NCBI GenBank assembly: GCA_046316495.1
Contig: JBKDAM010000148.1
Location: forward strand, 2,704-66,703
Direction of reading: 5' to 3'
Origin: Chitinophagales bacterium
GTDB taxonomy: Bacteria; Bacteroidota; Bacteroidia; Chitinophagales; Saprospiraceae
Length of the DNA stretch: 64,000 nucleotides
Both the position numbers and the translations under genes were made by a program. Positions 58,672 through 64,000 of this stretch are shown piece by piece. The notes below the pieces were generated by a model, which saw only the letters and a list, made by a program, of their open reading frames with translations, was not told where the DNA came from and did no database searches. Positions within the stretch are counted from its first letter, which is position 1, and every line of letters begins with the position of its first letter.

Positions 58672-60426
58672 ATGAAAAAATATCTTTTTTTGACAAATAT
58701 TCTCGGGTTTCTGCTGATTACCTCCTTCGGTGTTGGCTGTAAACAGGAGTTTTTGGATTTCAAACCGGCAGGTGTCATTTCTGATGAAGATTTGAACACG
58801 GTGGAGAATGCCGAGAAGATGATTATTGCTGCTTATGCCTCCTTGGGGAATGATGGGTTGTTGGCCCATCAATACGGAGATATGTGGGTATATGGCAGTG
58901 TTCGATCTGATGATGCGTATAAAGGTGGTGGAAGTATTGGAGACCAATTTGATAGTCACATGGTGGAAGTATTTACCCTTAATACTCCAGCAAATGGGAA
59001 CTCTAATTTGATGTGGACCTATTTGTATGCGGGTATCTCCCGGGTTAATGATGCGATGCGAAGGGTTCAGGGCCTCTCCGATGAGGAGTATCAAACAAAA
59101 GCTGGGGTTAGCCGTGCACAACGATTAGCTGAGCTGAGGTTCATCAGGGGACATTATGAGTTTATTTTGAAGGTTCTTTACAAGTTCCCTGTTTATATCG
59201 ATGAGACCATTGCAAAGGACGACATTATTAATGTATCGAACCGAGAAAAGTCAGATCAGGAAGGTTGGGCTTACATTGCAGACGAGTTTCGTGCAGGTGT
59301 TGAAAGCTTGCCAGCCGTTCAACCGGAAGAGGGACGCCCTACTAAGAATGCTGCTCGGGCATATCTTGCAAAGGTATTGCTATACAAAGCGTACATTCAG
59401 AATGACCAACATCAAGTGACAAGTATCAATGCTGCGGAACTGGAGGAAGTTGTTAGCCTTATTAGTACCATTGAAAGCACTGGAGAGTATAGTTTATATG
59501 ACGACTTTGCTAAGAATTTTCTTTGGGAGTATGAGAGTGGTGCTGAGTCTGTCTGGGCAATCATGCGTTCTATCGACGATGGTTCACCGGAGGGTCGTGG
59601 CAACTTCTCAACAGGTTTGACGTCTTCTCTTGGTCCTGGGTATGGGTGCTGTTCGTTCAATCAAGGCTCACAGAATCTAGCGAATGCTTTTAAGACGGAT
59701 GCAAATGGATTGCCATTATTTAACAGCTTCATGCAAGGGGAAAATATTGAGACAGCTCAGGATATTCAGTCGAATAATATGGACCCAAGGATTGCCCATA
59801 CTTTAGGGATTATCGGTATGCCATTCAAATACGATCCTAACAGAATCTATGACTCTACTTATGCGCGTGTACCGGGGGTTTATGGCTATGTTCTTGGAAT
59901 GAAGGATCAGGAGTTACCCTCCTCCCCTGCTTTTCGTCAGTATCAGGCATTTTTTAGCATTTCTCGTAATACCGATCAAATTCGTTTTGGAGATTTATTG
60001 TTAATGAAGGCAGAAGCACTGATTGAATTGGGAAGAATGGGAGAGGCTTTACCTATTATCAATGCAATTCGGGAGCGCGCGGGTAGTACAGCAAGTACTT
60101 CTCGACTCGTTTACGCTAATGGCAATCCGACAGGACAGTGGAAAGTTGGGACCTACAGTACGTTAGGAACGCAAGAAGAGGCTCGTACCATTTTGAGGTG
60201 GGAGCGCCGCTTAGAGTTGGCCTTTGAATCGAAACGCTTTTTTGATCTTGTCCGTTGGGGGGTTGCAGCAGAGACGCTCAATGCCTATTTTAATACGGAA
60301 AAACAGTACCGTGATTATTTAAACGAGGCGCGGTTTACTAGTGGTCGAGATGAGTATTTGGCAATACCACAAACTCAGATTACGATAAGCCGTGGTTTGT
60401 ATCAACAAAATCCGGGGTACAACTAA
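58672..60426 (+). CDS. SusD/RagB-family outer-membrane lipoprotein
   Basis: 584 aa with a lipobox (SFGVGC). It lies immediately downstream of SusC, has TPR-like helices and a RWERRLELAFESKRFFDLVRW block. Confidence 0.85.
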   Translation: MKKYLFLTNILGFLLITSFGVGCKQEFLDFKPAGVISDEDLNTVENAEKMIIAAYASLGNDGLLAHQYGDMWVYGSVRSDDAYKGGGSIGDQFDSHMVEVFTLNTPANGNSNLMWTYLYAGISRVNDAMRRVQGLSDEEYQTKAGVSRAQRLAELRFIRGHYEFILKVLYKFPVYIDETIAKDDIINVSNREKSDQEGWAYIADEFRAGVESLPAVQPEEGRPTKNAARAYLAKVLLYKAYIQNDQHQVTSINAAELEEVVSLISTIESTGEYSLYDDFAKNFLWEYESGAESVWAIMRSIDDGSPEGRGNFSTGLTSSLGPGYGCCSFNQGSQNLANAFKTDANGLPLFNSFMQGENIETAQDIQSNNMDPRIAHTLGIIGMPFKYDPNRIYDSTYARVPGVYGYVLGMKDQELPSSPAFRQYQAFFSISRNTDQIRFGDLLLMKAEALIELGRMGEALPIINAIRERAGSTASTSRLVYANGNPTGQWKVGTYSTLGTQEEARTILRWERRLELAFESKRFFDLVRWGVAAETLNAYFNTEKQYRDYLNEARFTSGRDEYLAIPQTQITISRGLYQQNPGYN

Positions 60427-60522
60427 AGTTGAAACTGTTGGGGGGCAGGAGATATTGCTCCCCAACAGTATTCTATGTATGATTCTTTAGAATATCAAAT
60501 TCGTACTATAGTTACTATCGTT

Positions 60523-62346
60523 ATGAGAAAAATCCTATTGTTGATTTCATATTGCATCTATAGCCTTGTTTTGGATGCTCAATCCTACGTAGAGATCGCA
60601 CAATCTGTATTCCCTTCACCGGTAAAGAATACCAACGGAGTGGCTGTTGCAGACTATGATCAGGATGGTGATTTAGATATCTTTTTTACCGGAATAAAAA
60701 ACTTTGATTTGTTGGATAAGGATACTTGGAGCAGGCTATTCAGAAATGAGGGGGATGGGCATTTTGTTGAGACAACTGAGGAGGCAGGTTTTGGCATACA
60801 ATACGTAAATGAGGGGCTGAAAGCTGCTCGGGGAGAAAAAATGGGTGCTTCGTGGGGAGATTATGATAATGATGGGTATCCTGACTTGTTTTTGGCAAAT
60901 AGTAGGGAGAATCAGCTTTACCACAACAATAAGGATGGAACTTTTACAGATGTCACTGGAGTTGCGGGAGTTGCTGGCTGTAATACATGTTACTCTTCTA
61001 CAGGACTTTGGTGGGATCATGATCGAGATGGAGATCTAGATTTGCTGGTCAGCAATCTTAATACTAGAAATGTGATGTACGAGAATAAAGGAGATGGCAC
61101 CTTTCAAGATGTGACGGAGCTAACTGGCTTGGGCGGAGGGCCAACCATCACTTGGTCAAGTGTAGCAATTGATGCAGGGAAGGATGGTTTTTTAGATCTT
61201 CTTCAGGTGAATGATACTCAGGCGAAAGAGTTTTTTGAAAATAGAACAGGACAACGATATAACGAGGCCGCCCTTGCCTACCGTCTAGACAATAAGGGGG
61301 CTGGTATGGGAGTTGCTGTTGGCGACTGCAACAATGATGGGTTATTTGACCTTTACATTACAAATATATTCAATCACCTTCCGAATCCTTTATTTGTTGA
61401 CAACGGGAACCGAAGATACACCGATAAGGCTGCGCAGTTCGGTGTTCAAAATACTGGCTGGGGTTGGGGAGTATCTTTTTTGGATGCAGATCACGATGGG
61501 GATGAGGACTTAGTGGCTGTAAATGGTCCGATTGACAAGCTGTACGACGTTGTACAGCCGGATGAGCCGAATGTATTTTTTCAAAATAGATTAATGGATG
61601 AAGGAGAGCCAGGTTTTCGAACAGTTTCATCGGAAGTGGGATTTGATGGTTTCGCAAAGGGCAAAGGGCTAGAGGTTTTTGATTATGATCAAGACGGTGA
61701 TTTAGACTTAGTGGTTGCAAACATGGAAGATGCTGCTTATTTCTATAAGAGCGAGACGATGATGATGGGGCAAGAAAAACGAAATTGGATTCAAATTAAG
61801 CTTCAAGGAGTGGAGTCTAACCGAGATGGATTTGGCACCACCGTACAATGTAGAGTGGGTAACCAATGGTATCATCGGTATCACCATGGTGCAGCGGTCT
61901 TTGGTCAAAGCATAAAACCTGTTCATTTTGGATTATCTAAAGCTGATACGATAGATGAAATACGTTTTATTTGGCCGTCTGGGAGGGCTGAGGCGATTTT
62001 TAGGGTTCCAAGTAACCAGTTGCTTACCTTCCGTGAGGGAGGAGGTATTCTAATTGAAAATATATCGGGAGGAAATTCGGGCGGATTTTCATTCACGAAG
62101 CATTCGGTATCCCCGAATCCTACTTCGAGTTCTTCTATTCTAACTTTTCGAGTGGGTAAGAATGGAGCATTAACGCTTAGAGTCTTTTCCAGCTTGGGCA
62201 TTGAGGTGTTTCAAACAACCAGTTTTCCAGACGTGAACGGCAATGTACTTATTGAGTGGGTGCCAGGAAGTATTCCATTTGGCACCTATTATTACATTGC
62301 GACTTGGGGAGAACAGGTTTTTTCGGGCCCCATTCTTTATCGATAA
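60523..62346 (+). CDS. CRTAC1-like FG-GAP/VCBS-repeat protein with ASPIC/UnbV domain and T9SS C-terminal sorting domain
   Basis: It has repeated DYDxDGDLD calcium-binding FG-GAP motifs (DYDQDGDLDIF, DYDNDGYPDLF, DHDRDGDLDLL, DADHDGDEDLV, DYDQDGDLDLV). An UnbV-like block follows: NRDGFGTTVQCRVGNQWYH...HFGLSKADTIDEIRFIWPSG. The C-terminus, SVSPNPTSSSSILTFRV..., is a sorting domain. Confidence 0.8.
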   Translation: MRKILLLISYCIYSLVLDAQSYVEIAQSVFPSPVKNTNGVAVADYDQDGDLDIFFTGIKNFDLLDKDTWSRLFRNEGDGHFVETTEEAGFGIQYVNEGLKAARGEKMGASWGDYDNDGYPDLFLANSRENQLYHNNKDGTFTDVTGVAGVAGCNTCYSSTGLWWDHDRDGDLDLLVSNLNTRNVMYENKGDGTFQDVTELTGLGGGPTITWSSVAIDAGKDGFLDLLQVNDTQAKEFFENRTGQRYNEAALAYRLDNKGAGMGVAVGDCNNDGLFDLYITNIFNHLPNPLFVDNGNRRYTDKAAQFGVQNTGWGWGVSFLDADHDGDEDLVAVNGPIDKLYDVVQPDEPNVFFQNRLMDEGEPGFRTVSSEVGFDGFAKGKGLEVFDYDQDGDLDLVVANMEDAAYFYKSETMMMGQEKRNWIQIKLQGVESNRDGFGTTVQCRVGNQWYHRYHHGAAVFGQSIKPVHFGLSKADTIDEIRFIWPSGRAEAIFRVPSNQLLTFREGGGILIENISGGNSGGFSFTKHSVSPNPTSSSSILTFRVGKNGALTLRVFSSLGIEVFQTTSFPDVNGNVLIEWVPGSIPFGTYYYIATWGEQVFSGPILYR

Positions 62347-62365
62347 TTGGAATGTTTATTGAAAT

Positions 62366-64000
62366 ATGAAAAAGGTATTTACTTTTCTGATAATTTTCAA
62401 TTGTTTTTTGGCAAATCTTGCTTTGGCGCAGAGGTCAGTAGCTCGGTTATGGAATGAGCAGGTTATTCATGCAATCAGTAATGATTTAGCTCGTCCGGTT
62501 GTGCATGCACGAAATTTGTTCCACACCTCTATAGCGATGTATGATGCCTGGGCCGTTTACGATCCGGTGGCAGAGACCTATTTGCTTGGGAAAACGGTTC
62601 ATGGATTTCAGTGTGATTATCGTGCGGTGCCGACCCCGGATGATATTTTATCTGCACAGGAAGAGGCGATCAGCTTTGCTGTGTACAGATTAATACTGCA
62701 TCGATTTTCAGGTTCTCCTGGAGCGGTGGAAATAAGGGCGTCCGTAAATGCGCTGATGGACTCACTAGGGTACAATCGATTTAACCGTTCTACCAATTAT
62801 AAGTGTGGTCCAGCGGAGATGGGGAATTACATTGCTGCTCAAATAATTGATTTTGGTTTTCTGGATGGTTCCAATGAAAGAGGAGGTTACCGTAATCAAT
62901 TTTACGAGCCAGTTAATTCGCCCTTACAACCCGAGTTGTCTGGGAATATTGAGATGAGTGATATCAATCGATGGCAACCACTTATGTTCAATCAGTTTAT
63001 TGATCAAAGTGGAAATATTTTTAACAATATCGTTCCGTCTTTTTTGGGGGCAGAATGGGGCTCAGTGCATCCTTTTGCAATGCGGCCAGAGGATGCAGAG
63101 TCATTAACAAGAGACGGGTTGTCATTCACTGTATATAACAATCCGGGCCCACCTGCCTGGCTTGATACCAGTTCAACTGGTAATTCTTCAGATGCTTTTA
63201 AGTGGAATTTTTCACTAGTAAGTATTTGGGGGGGCTTGTTGAAATCAGCCGATACTATGATGATAGATATATCACCGGGCTCCATTGGAAACAATATGAG
63301 TTATCCAGAAACTTATGAAGCTTATCAAGACTTTTATAATTTATTTGAAGGAGGAGATTATAGTCAGGGGCACAGCATTAACCCCAAAACTGGGGCGCCT
63401 TATTCCGAACAGCTAGTTCCACGAGGAGATTACTACCGAGTATTAGCTGAATTTTGGGCAGATGGCCCTGATTCTGAGACGCCTCCTGGTCATTGGTTTT
63501 CAATATTAAACTACGTAAGTGATCAACCGGGATTTGAGAAGCGAATTCTCGGAGAAGGTCCTTTATGTACTCCATTGGAGTGGGATGTGAAGGCTTATTT
63601 TGCTTTGGGTGGTGCCATGCATGACGCTGCGATTACGGCATGGAGTATTAAAGGGTATTATGACAGTAGTCGCCCTGTATCTGTTATAAGGAAAATGGCA
63701 GAGTTTGGTCAGTGCAGCGATCCTACTCTACTAAATTATCATCCTGCCGGGTTACCGCTTATTCCTGGTTATATTGAGCAAATTAAGGAAGATGATCCAC
63801 TTAGGGGTGTCAGCGGGCAACATATTGGAGAGATAAAAATAAACACTTGGCGGGGGCCAAACTTTATTGATGATCCTGCTGAAGATGCTGCTGGCACAGG
63901 ATGGATTAGGGCAGCGAATTGGTGGCCCTATCAACGTCCTACATTTGTTTCTCCTCCTTTTGCGGGGTATATTTCCGGGCACTCTACATTTAGCCGTGCA
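62366..64000 (+). CDS. PAP2-superfamily vanadium-haloperoxidase/acid-phosphatase-like exported protein, first 545 codons (gene runs off the right edge)
   Basis: Not in the ORF track because no stop lies inside the window. Own translation from ATG 62366 gives MKKVFTFLIIFNCFLANLALAQRSVARLWNEQVIHAISNDLARPVVHARNLFHTSIAMYDAW... The frame stays open and ends exactly at base 64000. It contains FWADGPDSETPPGHW, KGYYDSSRP (Kx6RP) and YISGHSTFSRA (SGH), the PAP2/haloperoxidase signature blocks. Confidence 0.65.
   Translation, partial: MKKVFTFLIIFNCFLANLALAQRSVARLWNEQVIHAISNDLARPVVHARNLFHTSIAMYDAWAVYDPVAETYLLGKTVHGFQCDYRAVPTPDDILSAQEEAISFAVYRLILHRFSGSPGAVEIRASVNALMDSLGYNRFNRSTNYKCGPAEMGNYIAAQIIDFGFLDGSNERGGYRNQFYEPVNSPLQPELSGNIEMSDINRWQPLMFNQFIDQSGNIFNNIVPSFLGAEWGSVHPFAMRPEDAESLTRDGLSFTVYNNPGPPAWLDTSSTGNSSDAFKWNFSLVSIWGGLLKSADTMMIDISPGSIGNNMSYPETYEAYQDFYNLFEGGDYSQGHSINPKTGAPYSEQLVPRGDYYRVLAEFWADGPDSETPPGHWFSILNYVSDQPGFEKRILGEGPLCTPLEWDVKAYFALGGAMHDAAITAWSIKGYYDSSRPVSVIRKMAEFGQCSDPTLLNYHPAGLPLIPGYIEQIKEDDPLRGVSGQHIGEIKINTWRGPNFIDDPAEDAAGTGWIRAANWWPYQRPTFVSPPFAGYISGHSTFSRA

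Noticed and set aside
58651-59121. 156-aa minus-strand ORF at the SusC/SusD junction
   Set aside because: It is antisense to the 5' end of the SusD-like gene, which has a lipobox and family motifs. The ORF has no motif support.
1-64000. Scan for CRISPR arrays, rRNA/tRNA genes, transposases, integrases, prophage or retron/DGR-like reverse transcriptases
   Set aside because: I saw no regularly spaced direct repeats and no cloverleaf-like or rRNA-like segments in the short intergenic spacers. I also saw no DDE/HUH/tyrosine-recombinase or RT motifs in any ORF. The scan was by eye only, so a tRNAscan, Infernal or minced run should confirm it.

Overview
The window is a gene-dense chromosomal segment, mostly housekeeping, from a member of the Bacteroidota. 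Supporting markers are a fused lpxC-fabZ, a SusC/SusD pair, T9SS C-terminal sorting domains, glycogen-synthase-like/DUF4270/glmS synteny and a hybrid two-component regulator. I call about 47 protein-coding genes. Two of them are cut by the window edges and are missing from the ORF track: a DUF3108-like gene at 1..525 (-) and a PAP2/vanadium-haloperoxidase-like gene at 62366..64000 (+). I recognised no rRNA, tRNA, CRISPR array, transposase or integrase. Core blocks: accA-lpxC/fabZ-lpxA-TPR membrane protein-pth; dnaB followed by a GT39 gene; GSCFA-membrane protein-lptC-xseA; folA; glycogen-synthase-like/DUF4270/glmS. The right third (48.4-60.4 kb) is a fructan-type polysaccharide utilisation locus: a PBP-sensor hybrid two-component regulator, MFS sugar porter, fructokinase, GH32, SusC and SusD. 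It is followed by a CRTAC1-like FG-GAP/ASPIC protein and a haloperoxidase-like protein. I found no clear-cut novel multi-gene system. The items most worth a second look: (1) dnaB carries a 151-aa mini-intein and ends in an SSB-like acidic tip (NDEDIPF) after a duplicated GPFTPST linker; (2) two tandem DnaA-box-like repeats lie upstream of dnaB; (3) an exported protein combines three Cys-x-x-G-D-Cys/MORN modules with a caspase (C14) domain; (4) a 4-kb island of small uncharacterised genes (44-48 kb) includes a possible permuted papain-fold enzyme overlapping a 102-aa partner gene; (5) a tight SNF2 / acidic 129-aa protein / Upf1-like helicase trio; (6) a 15-bp perfect inverted repeat encloses about 108 nt in the glmS/dsrE-like convergent spacer. 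All functional calls rest on motif recognition by eye. No database search was run.
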